Origin: Planctomycetota bacterium
GTDB taxonomy: Bacteria; Planctomycetota; JAKEIC01; DYIT01
Direction of reading: 5' to 3'
NCBI GenBank assembly: GCA_041308285.1
Contig: JBFZBV010000156.1
Span: forward strand, 1-32,573
Length of the DNA stretch: 32,573 nt
Position numbers and translations under genes: made by a program. Below the pieces are notes generated by a model. That model saw only the letters and a program-made list of their open reading frames with translations, was not told the origin of the DNA and did no database searches. Position 1 is the stretch's first letter; each line of letters starts with the position of its first letter. Positions 8,451 to 16,408 of this stretch are shown here, piece after piece.

Positions 8451-9305
8451 ATGAACAAAGAAACAATCGACGGCATCATCGAGAAGCACAAGCACGACAT
8501 GGGCGGCTTGATTTCCGTGCTGGAAGAGGTCCAGGCCAAGTTCGGATATCTCCCCGAAGAATCCCTCCAAGCCGTTTCGGAGGCGTTGAACCGCCCCCTG
8601 GTGGAGGTGTACGGCGTCGCGACTTTCTTCAGGGCTTTCAGCCTCAAGCCCAGGGGAAAGCACCTGGTCTCGGCCTGCGTCGGGACCGCCTGCCACGTGC
8701 GCGGGACCCAGGCGGTCGTGAGGGAGCTGCAACGCGTGCTGGGCGTGAAACCCGGCGAAACCACTCCGGACAAGGAGTTCACCCTGGAGACCGTCGCCTG
8801 CCTGGGCGCATGCGCGCTCGGCCCGATGGTCGTGATTGACGGCCATTTCTTCTCCAAGATGAACCCCTCCAAGGTCAAGGGCGTCATCGAAAAGGCCAGG
8901 GCGGGCCTGGACGCGCCCGAAGGGGGCGAAGACGAAAAGGTCTTCCCCCTCGTGGTCAGATGCCCGCGCTGCAACCACAGCCTCATGGATTCAAGGCACC
9001 CCATCGATGGAAAGCCGTCGATAAAGATCACGGTTTCGTTCGGCGGAAAGCACGGGTGGATTAGGCTGTCGAGCCTCTACGGCAGCTACAAGGTCGACTG
9101 CGAATTCGAAATCCCTTTCGAAACGCTCGTCAATTTCTTCTGCCCCCACTGCCATGCGGAACTGAACGGATCCCAGGAATGCGGCGATTGCAGGGCTCCG
9201 ATGGTGCCTCTCATCGTGGAGGGCGGCGGCATGGTCCAGATTTGCTCCCGCCGCGGCTGCAAATCGCACATGCTCGATCTCGACGGAGTCAATTTCGACA
9301 TGTGA
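8451..9305 (+). CDS. NuoE/HydC-type thioredoxin-like [2Fe-2S] subunit with a ~120-aa C-terminal multi-CxxC (zinc-ribbon-like) extension
   Basis: The N-terminal ~150 aa carry SACVGTACHVRG and VACLGACALGP, the Cx4C...Cx3C cluster ligands of 24-kDa-type subunits. The extension (8943-9302) contains CPRC, CPHC, CGDC and CSRRGC. Confidence 0.85.
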   Translation: MNKETIDGIIEKHKHDMGGLISVLEEVQAKFGYLPEESLQAVSEALNRPLVEVYGVATFFRAFSLKPRGKHLVSACVGTACHVRGTQAVVRELQRVLGVKPGETTPDKEFTLETVACLGACALGPMVVIDGHFFSKMNPSKVKGVIEKARAGLDAPEGGEDEKVFPLVVRCPRCNHSLMDSRHPIDGKPSIKITVSFGGKHGWIRLSSLYGSYKVDCEFEIPFETLVNFFCPHCHAELNGSQECGDCRAPMVPLIVEGGGMVQICSRRGCKSHMLDLDGVNFDM

Positions 9306-9357
9306 TTCGACCCTGTGGCTTTCGCCGGGTCTCTCAACTGTAAGGAAAAGGACTGAC

Positions 9358-12300
9358 ATGGAAATGCTGAAAAGCCCGTTGGATTTCAAGATAATGAGCG
9401 AGCGCGTCAAGGCGGGCGTGGACCCCTCCAAGCCCGTCCTCGTCATCTCCGCCGGCACTTGCGGGCAGGCCTCGGGCGCGAACGACCTGATTAGGATAGC
9501 CAAGAAGGAGTTCCTGAAGCGCGGTCTCGCGGAAACCATGGGGCTCAGGATAACCGGCTGCCAGGGCTGGTGCGAAATGGAGCCCTCGATTCTGGTCGAG
9601 CCGCAGGGGTACTTCTACCCAAAGCTTTCTCCCGGGTCCGTGCCGGAAGTCATCGTCGCCGCGGCGAAGGGCCAGGCTGCGGAAGACCTCGTCTACGCCG
9701 ACCCCGAGACAGGGAAGAGGATTCCCCTGCAGAAAGACATCCCGTTCTTCGCGAACCAGACCAGGCTGATAATCTCGCGCAACGAGAAGGTCGACCCCAT
9801 CCGGATGTTCAACTACGTCGAGACCGGCGGGTACTCATCCCTCTGCAAGGTGATTGAGAAGAACGACAGGAAGTGGGTCGTCGACGAGATAAAGGCGTCC
9901 GGGCTGCGCGGGAGGGGCGGCGCCGGCTTCCCCACGGGCGTCAAATGGGAGCTGCTGAGGGCCCAGCCCGGCGACCGCGGCAAATACATCATCTGCAACG
10001 CCGACGAGGGCGATCCCGGCGCGTACATGAACAGGGCGGTCATCGAAGGCAACCCGCACAGCGTGATAGAAGGCATGATCATCGGCGCGTTCGGCACCGG
10101 CGCGGACCGCGGCATCATCTACGTCCGCGCGGAGTACCCCCTCGCAATCAAGCACCTGATTATCGCCCTCAGGCAGGCGAGGGAGCTCGGCCTCCTCGGC
10201 AAGAACATCCTCGGGTCCGGCTTGGATTTCGACATCGACATCGTCAAGGGGGCGGGCGCGTTCGTGTGCGGAGAGGAGACCGCCCTAATCGCCTCAATCG
10301 AGGGGAGGATGGGCGAGCCGCGCCAGAGGCCGCCGTTCCCTGTGCAGAGGGGCGTGCACGGCAGGCCCACGGCCATCAACAACGTCGAAACCTGGGCGAA
10401 CGTGCCGATAATATTCGACATCGGCGCCGCCGGGTTCTCCAAAATCGGAATGCCGTCGAGCCCGGGCACGAAGATATTCAGCCTCGTCGGAAAGGTCCGG
10501 AACACGGGGCTCGTCGAGGTCCCGCTGGGAATCTCCATCGGGAAAATCATCTACGACATAGGAGGCGGTTCCCGCGGGCCCGGCAGGATAAAAGCCGTGC
10601 AGATGGGCGGGCCTTCGGGAGGCTGCATCCCCTCGGAGAAATTCGACCTCTCCATCGACTACGAGACCATCAAGGCCGCGGGGGCAATCATGGGCTCCGG
10701 CGGCATGATTGTGATGGACCAGGACTCCTGCATGGTGGACCTCGCGAAATACTTCATGAACTTCCTCAAGGACGAGTCCTGCGGGAAGTGCTTCACGTGC
10801 CGCAAGGGCACGCAGCGCATGCACGAAATCATCGACGACATGTCCAGGGGCGAGGGCTCCGAGGCCCGAATCGACCTGCTCGAGGACCTCGCGCTCACGG
10901 TCAGGGACACCACCATGTGCGGCCTCGGGCAGTCGGCTCCCAACCCGGTCCTGAGCACGCTCAGGTATTTCAAGGACGAGTTCAGGAAGCACATCGCCGA
11001 GAAGCGCTGCGATTCCTTCGTGTGCAGGGACCTCACCGGCGCGCCGTGCCAGGCCGCATGCCCCCTCGGCACCGAGCCATGGAGGTACGTGGCATGCATC
11101 GAGAAAGGCGACGTCGAAGGCGCGTGGCTCGCAATCCGCGAACCCAACCCGATGCCGTCCGTGTGCGCGCGCGTCTGCAACCACCCATGCGAAAGCCGCT
11201 GCAGGCTGGGCACCACAGGCTCGGAGCCGATTGCAATCAGGGCGCTGAAGAGGTTCGTCACCGACTCTTCCGACCCGTCGTCGTACACCCCTCCGGACGT
11301 CAGAAAACCCGGATCCTCCGGACGGAAGGCCGCGGTCGTGGGAGGAGGCCCCGCCGGGATTTCCGCGGCCCACTACCTGTCCATCAGGGGCCACGCGGTC
11401 ACGATTTTCGAGGCCGAAGACCGTCTCGGAGGCATGCTCGCATGGGGAATCCCGGAATACCGCCTGCCCCGGGGCGTTCTCGAGAAGGAAATCCAGGCGC
11501 TGCTCCGCAACGGCGTGAAAACGGAGACCGGAAAGGCCCTGGGCCGCGATTTCACCCTCGACTCCCTCGCGAAGGACGGGTTCGACGCCGTGTTCCTCGC
11601 CTTCGGCGCCGGAAAAAGCAGGAAACTCGGTATTCCGGGCGAGGACGCGGACGGCGTCGTGGACGCCCTGGACTTCCTGAAGGCCCACAACCTCCGCGGC
11701 GAGAGCCTCGCAAAAGGCAGGGTCGGCGTCATAGGCGGAGGCAACGCGGCCGTGGACGCGGCCAGGGTCGCCTTGAGGATGGAAGGCGTCAAGTCGGTAT
11801 CGATTCTGTACAGGAGGACCACCGCCGAGATGCCGGCCTTCCGCGAGGAAATCCACGGGGCCCTGGCCGAAGGCGTCGCAATCGTCGAACTCGTCTCGCC
11901 GGTGGAAGCCGAAGCGAAGGGCAGGAACCCGAAGCTGGCCGGAGTGAAACTCCTGAAGAACTCTCTCGGCCCGGTCGATCGAAGCGGCCGCCGCAGCCCC
12001 GTGCCGGTGCCGGGCTCGGAATACAAGATGGCGCTGGACACCCTAATCGTGGCTGCCGGTGAAGAGACCGGGGCCGCGGATTTCCTCGCCAAATCGGTCG
12101 GGATTGCGCCGGGCGGCGCCGTGGCGGCCTCCCCGGACACATTCATGACGTCCAAGCCGGGCGTCTTCGCCGGAGGGGACGCCGCAAGAGGGCCGAGCAC
12201 CGTGGTGAACGCCCTGGCGGACGGCAAGAATGCCGCGGAGTGCATCGACAGGTTCCTCAGGGGCGAAAACCCCGCCATGGAGCGCAAGGCTCCGAAGCCG

Positions 12301-12537
12301 TCGGTCCGCATCGAAGCCCCCGCCTCGGCCGGCGGCGACGTCGAGCCCTCTCCGCGGGCGATTTCCAAGACGCTCGCGCCCAGGCAGAGGCAGGGGAATT
12401 TCAAGGAAATCGAAAAAACCCTCCGCGAGGCGGAAGCCCGCAAAGAGGCTGGGCGCTGCCTGCGCTGCGACCTCGAGTTCTCCGAGTGCACGGATAAAGG
12501 CCAACTGTGTAATGCTGTAGGAACTGAAAAGCCATGA
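9358..12537 (+). CDS. Fusion protein: thioredoxin-like 2Fe-2S domain, NuoF/HydB-type FMN/NADH/[4Fe-4S] domain, and GltD/NfnB-type Fe-S FAD NAD(P)H oxidoreductase
   Basis: NuoF motifs are GLRGRGGAGFPTGVKW, NADEGDPGAY, CGEETALI, ESCGKCFTCRKG and CGLGQS. GltD-type motifs follow: CQAACPLG, VCARVCNHPCESRC, the FAD fold VVGGGPAGISAAHYL and the NAD(P) fold VIGGGNAAVDAARVA. Confidence 0.9.
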   Translation: MEMLKSPLDFKIMSERVKAGVDPSKPVLVISAGTCGQASGANDLIRIAKKEFLKRGLAETMGLRITGCQGWCEMEPSILVEPQGYFYPKLSPGSVPEVIVAAAKGQAAEDLVYADPETGKRIPLQKDIPFFANQTRLIISRNEKVDPIRMFNYVETGGYSSLCKVIEKNDRKWVVDEIKASGLRGRGGAGFPTGVKWELLRAQPGDRGKYIICNADEGDPGAYMNRAVIEGNPHSVIEGMIIGAFGTGADRGIIYVRAEYPLAIKHLIIALRQARELGLLGKNILGSGLDFDIDIVKGAGAFVCGEETALIASIEGRMGEPRQRPPFPVQRGVHGRPTAINNVETWANVPIIFDIGAAGFSKIGMPSSPGTKIFSLVGKVRNTGLVEVPLGISIGKIIYDIGGGSRGPGRIKAVQMGGPSGGCIPSEKFDLSIDYETIKAAGAIMGSGGMIVMDQDSCMVDLAKYFMNFLKDESCGKCFTCRKGTQRMHEIIDDMSRGEGSEARIDLLEDLALTVRDTTMCGLGQSAPNPVLSTLRYFKDEFRKHIAEKRCDSFVCRDLTGAPCQAACPLGTEPWRYVACIEKGDVEGAWLAIREPNPMPSVCARVCNHPCESRCRLGTTGSEPIAIRALKRFVTDSSDPSSYTPPDVRKPGSSGRKAAVVGGGPAGISAAHYLSIRGHAVTIFEAEDRLGGMLAWGIPEYRLPRGVLEKEIQALLRNGVKTETGKALGRDFTLDSLAKDGFDAVFLAFGAGKSRKLGIPGEDADGVVDALDFLKAHNLRGESLAKGRVGVIGGGNAAVDAARVALRMEGVKSVSILYRRTTAEMPAFREEIHGALAEGVAIVELVSPVEAEAKGRNPKLAGVKLLKNSLGPVDRSGRRSPVPVPGSEYKMALDTLIVAAGEETGAADFLAKSVGIAPGGAVAASPDTFMTSKPGVFAGGDAARGPSTVVNALADGKNAAECIDRFLRGENPAMERKAPKPSVRIEAPASAGGDVEPSPRAISKTLAPRQRQGNFKEIEKTLREAEARKEAGRCLRCDLEFSECTDKGQLCNAVGTEKP

Positions 12538-13211
12538 TTAAACTCTGGATTAACGATTTGCCGGTGGAAGTGGAGGAGGGGACGACCATCCTGGAGGCCG
12601 CCGATTTCCTCAACTTCCCCATACCGACCCTCTGCCACAAGGACGGCCTGTCCCCTTACGGCGCATGCCGGCTCTGCATGGTGGAAATCGGCGAAGGCGC
12701 CAGGGCGAGGCTCGTGTCCTCATGCACCTACCCGGCCGAGAACGGCCTCAAGGTGAGGACCGCCTCGGAGCGGGTGGTCAAGGCGAGGAAGATGGTCATC
12801 GAGCTGCTGCTCGCCACGTGCCCGCAGTCCAAGGTCATCCAGGACATCGCGTCGGAGTACGGCGTGAAGCAGCAGCGTTTCAAGCAGGAATACGACGACT
12901 GCATCCTGTGCGGGCTGTGCGTGCGCATGTGCAAGGAGCAGATGATGGCCGGGGCCATCGGGTTCCGCGGCAGGGGAGAACGGAGGAGCATCGGAACCCC
13001 CTTCGACCGGGCCTCGGAAATCTGCAGGCTCTGCGGCGGATGCATATACGTCTGCCCGGCCTGCACGCTCAGGTGCACCTTCACGGAACCCGAGAAGGCC
13101 GTGTGCGGCGGCTGCGCCAACCTCGAGCCGCCGTGCATCGAGAAGGAGCAGTTCCACGACATGATGTGCTACATGAAGCCATGCGTCGCCTGCGAGATAA
13201 AGAAGGAGTGA
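12534..13211 (+). CDS. NuoG/HydA N-terminal-like Fe-S protein (plant-type 2Fe-2S plus two CxxCxxCxxxC(P) 4Fe-4S motifs plus an extra C-terminal Cys cluster). No catalytic domain.
   Basis: The 2Fe-2S ligands are CHKDGLSPYGACRLC...SSC. The ferredoxin-type motifs are CILCGLCVRMC and CRLCGGCIYVCP. The tail reads CGGCANLEPPC...CYMKPCVAC. An ATGA overlaps the upstream stop (12534-12537). Confidence 0.85.
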   Translation: MIKLWINDLPVEVEEGTTILEAADFLNFPIPTLCHKDGLSPYGACRLCMVEIGEGARARLVSSCTYPAENGLKVRTASERVVKARKMVIELLLATCPQSKVIQDIASEYGVKQQRFKQEYDDCILCGLCVRMCKEQMMAGAIGFRGRGERRSIGTPFDRASEICRLCGGCIYVCPACTLRCTFTEPEKAVCGGCANLEPPCIEKEQFHDMMCYMKPCVACEIKKE

Positions 13212-13284
13212 AACGACCCCCTCCGGCAAGCGGAGATTGGGCGTATTCCGGATGTAAACCGCTCTAAATGGAGGATGATTGAAT

Positions 13285-14874
13285 ATGACCTCGCCAATTT
13301 CCAAAGTCAATTCATCGGCCGCCACGCTCACCAAGAACAGGACCGAAGGCTCCGTGGTCCCGGCGTCCGGCATGTGCGTCACCTGCGTCGACGGGTGCAT
13401 CGGCATGTGCGAAATCGGCAAGTCGGCGTTCAGGGGGCACGAGGTGATCTACCCCCAGCCGTTCGGAGTCATCACGACTGCCGGGGAGAAGCGCTACCCC
13501 GTCGATTACTCCCATTTCAACATAATGGGATCGTGCGTAGGCGCCCATGGAATCGAAGCGAGCAGCGAGAAGGCCATCTTCCCCGCCGTCAACCTGGAGG
13601 TCAGGTTCGGGCACGACAAGGGCATCAAGTTCCGCCTGCCTTGGATAATCCCGGGCATCGGATCGACCAACATCGCCAAGAACAACTGGGAAGGCATCGC
13701 CATCGGCGCCGCAACGGCAGGCGTTGGCCTCACAATCGGCGAGAACGTGGTGGGCATGGACCCGCAGGCGAAGTTCGAAAAGGGCAAGGCCGTGGATACG
13801 GCGGACCTCAAGCGGAGGGTCGCCCTCTACAAGGACAACCAGATTGACGGTTTCGGCGCGATTGTCGTCCAGGCCAACGTAGAGGACACCATGCTCGGCA
13901 CCCAGGAGTACGCAATCAAGCACCTCGGCGTCCAGTGCGTGGAGCTCAAGTGGGGCCAGGGCGCGAAGGACATCGGCGGCGAGGTGAAGATTAAGGAGCT
14001 CAAGAAAGCCCAGCTCCTGCAGGAGAGGGGATACATCGTCCTGCCCGACCCCACGGACCCGAACGTGATAAAATCCCACGAAAGGGGCAGTTTCAAGGAA
14101 TTCGAGCGGCATTCCAGGGTGGGCATGGTCTCCGAGGAGAGCTTCGCCAAGAGGGTGGAGGAGCTGAGGAAAGCGGGCGCGAAGTACGTGTTCCTCAAGA
14201 CCGGAGCCTACAGGCCCGCCGATCTCGCACTCGCCGTGAAGTTCGCCTCCAAGTACAAGCTCGACCTCCTGACCGTCGACGGCGCCGGCGGCGGAACCGG
14301 AATGAGCCCGTGGCGCATGATGAACGAATGGGGCGTGCCGCCCGTCGAACTCCACTCGATGCTCTACTACTGCGCTAAGACCCTCGTCGACAAGGGCGAA
14401 TATCTCCCCGCCCTGGCCGTCGCGGGCGGGTTCACGTTCGAAGACCAGATATTCAAGGGCCTCGCCCTCGGCGCCCCGTACGTCAAGCTCGTCGGCATGG
14501 CCAGGGGCCCGATTTGCGCTGCAATGGTCGGCAAGACGATTGGCAGGGCCATCGAGGACCACCAGCTGCCCGTCTACGTGGAGAGGTTCGGCGGGAGCAA
14601 GGACGAGATTTTCGTCTCCGCCGGCGAGCTGAGGCACAAGCTCGGGGACGACAAGTTCGAAAAGATGCCTCCGGGCGCAATCGGACTCTACACCTACTAC
14701 GAGCGCCTCGCGCAGGGGCTCAGGCAGCTCATGGCAGGATCCAGGAAATTCGGCCTCGAGCACATGACCCGCAATGATCTGGCGTCCCTGACGGTCGAGG
14801 CCTCGGAAATATCCGGAATCCCCTACATCATGGACCTCGACAAGGCGGAGGTAGAGAAAATCCTCTCGAAATGA
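13285..14874 (+). CDS. GltB-domain-2-type FMN-binding 'glutamate synthase family' subunit with an N-terminal CxxCx3Cx3C motif
   Basis: ELKWGQGAKDIGGE and LTVDGAGGGTGMSPW match the FMN-domain motifs of glutamate synthase large subunits. The N-terminal Cys motif is CVTCVDGCIGMC. The ATG at 13285 lies 9 nt after GGAGGA. The ORF track starts 6 nt earlier, at TTG 13279. Confidence 0.85.
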   Translation: MTSPISKVNSSAATLTKNRTEGSVVPASGMCVTCVDGCIGMCEIGKSAFRGHEVIYPQPFGVITTAGEKRYPVDYSHFNIMGSCVGAHGIEASSEKAIFPAVNLEVRFGHDKGIKFRLPWIIPGIGSTNIAKNNWEGIAIGAATAGVGLTIGENVVGMDPQAKFEKGKAVDTADLKRRVALYKDNQIDGFGAIVVQANVEDTMLGTQEYAIKHLGVQCVELKWGQGAKDIGGEVKIKELKKAQLLQERGYIVLPDPTDPNVIKSHERGSFKEFERHSRVGMVSEESFAKRVEELRKAGAKYVFLKTGAYRPADLALAVKFASKYKLDLLTVDGAGGGTGMSPWRMMNEWGVPPVELHSMLYYCAKTLVDKGEYLPALAVAGGFTFEDQIFKGLALGAPYVKLVGMARGPICAAMVGKTIGRAIEDHQLPVYVERFGGSKDEIFVSAGELRHKLGDDKFEKMPPGAIGLYTYYERLAQGLRQLMAGSRKFGLEHMTRNDLASLTVEASEISGIPYIMDLDKAEVEKILSK

Positions 14875-14959
14875 CGGCCGTCGGCCGGATGCGTCGATTG
14901 CGCGGCCGGCACGGAGAAAATCGCATCAAAATACAGGTGAGTGGTAGTTTGATGCTCGG

Positions 14960-14987
14960 GGGGCGGCGAAAGCCGCCCCTCTTTTTT
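14960..14987 (+). terminator. Rho-independent terminator of the 8069-14874 operon
   Basis: An 8-bp GC stem pairs ggggcggc (14960-14967) with gccgcccc (14972-14979) around a GAAA tetraloop. A T6 run follows at 14982-14987. Confidence 0.8.
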
Positions 14988-15139
14988 CCCCCGGCCGGAC
15001 CGAATATAATCGCGGCGCGATGCAGGCTCGAATCGGGCGGCCGGCCGGTCCGCCGCCTGCGCAGCGTTGCCGCTCCCGGGAGCGCGTTCGCCGGCCCGGC
15101 GGCCGCCCGGAGGCCGGCGGCTTCGGAGGATTCCTTCGC

Positions 15140-16408
15140 GTGACGTTCAACGCCGTCGCAATCGCGGTACTCGCGGCCGTGCTCGCTGATTTCGCCGTCC
15201 GGAACGCGGCGCTCGTGCTCAACCTGCGAGGATTCCCTGCCGGGATTCCCCCCGAGATTGGGGGCTTCGTCGACCCGGAGACGCACCGCAGGACGGGCGA
15301 ATACCTGGCCGTGAAGATGAAGTATCTGCTCGCCTCCTCGGCCTTCGACACGGCGCTGCTTCTCTGCTTCTGGTTCGCCGGGGGGTTCGGGATTCTGGAC
15401 ACGCTCGTCAGGAGCCTCGGAGCGGGATCGGTGGTCTCGGGCGTCCTGTACATCGGCGCGCTGTTCGCGGGGCAGCAAATCGTGTCGCTGCCGTGGGGCG
15501 CCTACTTCACGTTCGTAGTCGAAAACCGCTTCGGGTTCAACAAGTCGACCCGTGCGACCTTCGCAGGCGACTTCCTCAAGGGCGCGGCAATCTACGCGGT
15601 CATCGGCGTTCCCGCACTGGCCGGGGTGCTCGCCATCTTCGAGTACGCGGGCGGCTGGGCCTGGGCCCTCTGCTGGGCCGCCACTTCGGCCTTTTCCCTC
15701 GCCTTCGGCTTCGTGTATCCCGTTCTTATTCTGCCCCTGTTCAACAGGCTCACTCCCATGCCCGAGGGGCCCTTGAGGAAGGGCATACTGGATTACGCCG
15801 CCCGCACGGGATACGCGGTCAGGGACGTATTCGTGATGGACGGATCCAGGAGATCAGGCCACACCAACGCCTTCGTCGTCGGATTCGGCAGGTTCCGCAA
15901 AATCGCCCTGTTCGACACGATGATAGCGAAGCACGAGATCCCGGAGCTCGTGGGAATCGTCGCGCACGAGGTCGGGCACTGGAAGCTCGGGCACGCCAAA
16001 AGGCACATGGCCGTCGGATTCGTCCGGACCGGAATCATGTTCCTGCTGCTCGGACTCGTTCTCGGGAGCAGGGAGCTTTTCTCCGCGTTCGGAATCGAGG
16101 CGCTCTCCGCCGGCGCGGGACTCGTGCTGTTCGGCATAGTGTTCTCCCCCGTGACGACCGCGACCGGCGTCCTGTTCAACGCAATGCGCAGAAGGCGGGA
16201 ATACGAGGCCGACCGCTTCGCGGGCCTCACCACCGGCGACCCGGAGGCGCTCGCGGCCGGTCTCGTCAAGATGAACGTGCACAACCTGTCGAACTTCTTC
16301 CCACACAGGCTAGCGGTCCTGCTCTACGGCACCCATCCGCCCACTCTCGACCGCGTCCGCGCCCTTCGGGCGCTCAGTACTCCTCCCCTCCCATCACTGA
16401 AACAGTGA
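15140..16408 (+). CDS. Ste24/CAAX-prenyl-protease-type M48 zinc metalloprotease (multi-pass membrane)
   Basis: The HEXXH motif is IVAHEVGHWKLGH, with EYEADRF downstream and several hydrophobic helices. The GTG at 15140 lies 9 nt after GGAGGA. The 40 upstream codons of the track ORF (from 15020) are Arg/Pro/Gly junk. Confidence 0.85.
   Translation: MTFNAVAIAVLAAVLADFAVRNAALVLNLRGFPAGIPPEIGGFVDPETHRRTGEYLAVKMKYLLASSAFDTALLLCFWFAGGFGILDTLVRSLGAGSVVSGVLYIGALFAGQQIVSLPWGAYFTFVVENRFGFNKSTRATFAGDFLKGAAIYAVIGVPALAGVLAIFEYAGGWAWALCWAATSAFSLAFGFVYPVLILPLFNRLTPMPEGPLRKGILDYAARTGYAVRDVFVMDGSRRSGHTNAFVVGFGRFRKIALFDTMIAKHEIPELVGIVAHEVGHWKLGHAKRHMAVGFVRTGIMFLLLGLVLGSRELFSAFGIEALSAGAGLVLFGIVFSPVTTATGVLFNAMRRRREYEADRFAGLTTGDPEALAAGLVKMNVHNLSNFFPHRLAVLLYGTHPPTLDRVRALRALSTPPLPSLKQ

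Noticed and set aside
9873-12062. 729-aa alternative-frame ORF, with minus-strand ORFs 10294-11856 and 11373-12638, inside the NuoF::GltD gene
   Set aside because: These are extremely Arg/Gly/Pro-rich translations. The frame starting at 9358 carries every NuoF and GltD cofactor motif.
8451-13211. NuoE/NuoF/NuoG-like genes as part of respiratory complex I, an [FeFe]-hydrogenase or an NAD-dependent formate dehydrogenase
   Set aside because: There are no nuoA-D/H-N genes in the window. The NuoG-like ORF ends after the Fe-S domains, and no H-cluster or molybdopterin domain is encoded in the operon. The His-ligated cluster motif of NuoG also appears degenerate (LLLATCPQS).
13312-14763. 483-aa minus-strand ORF
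   Set aside because: It is antisense to the GltB-type FMN subunit gene and has no motifs.
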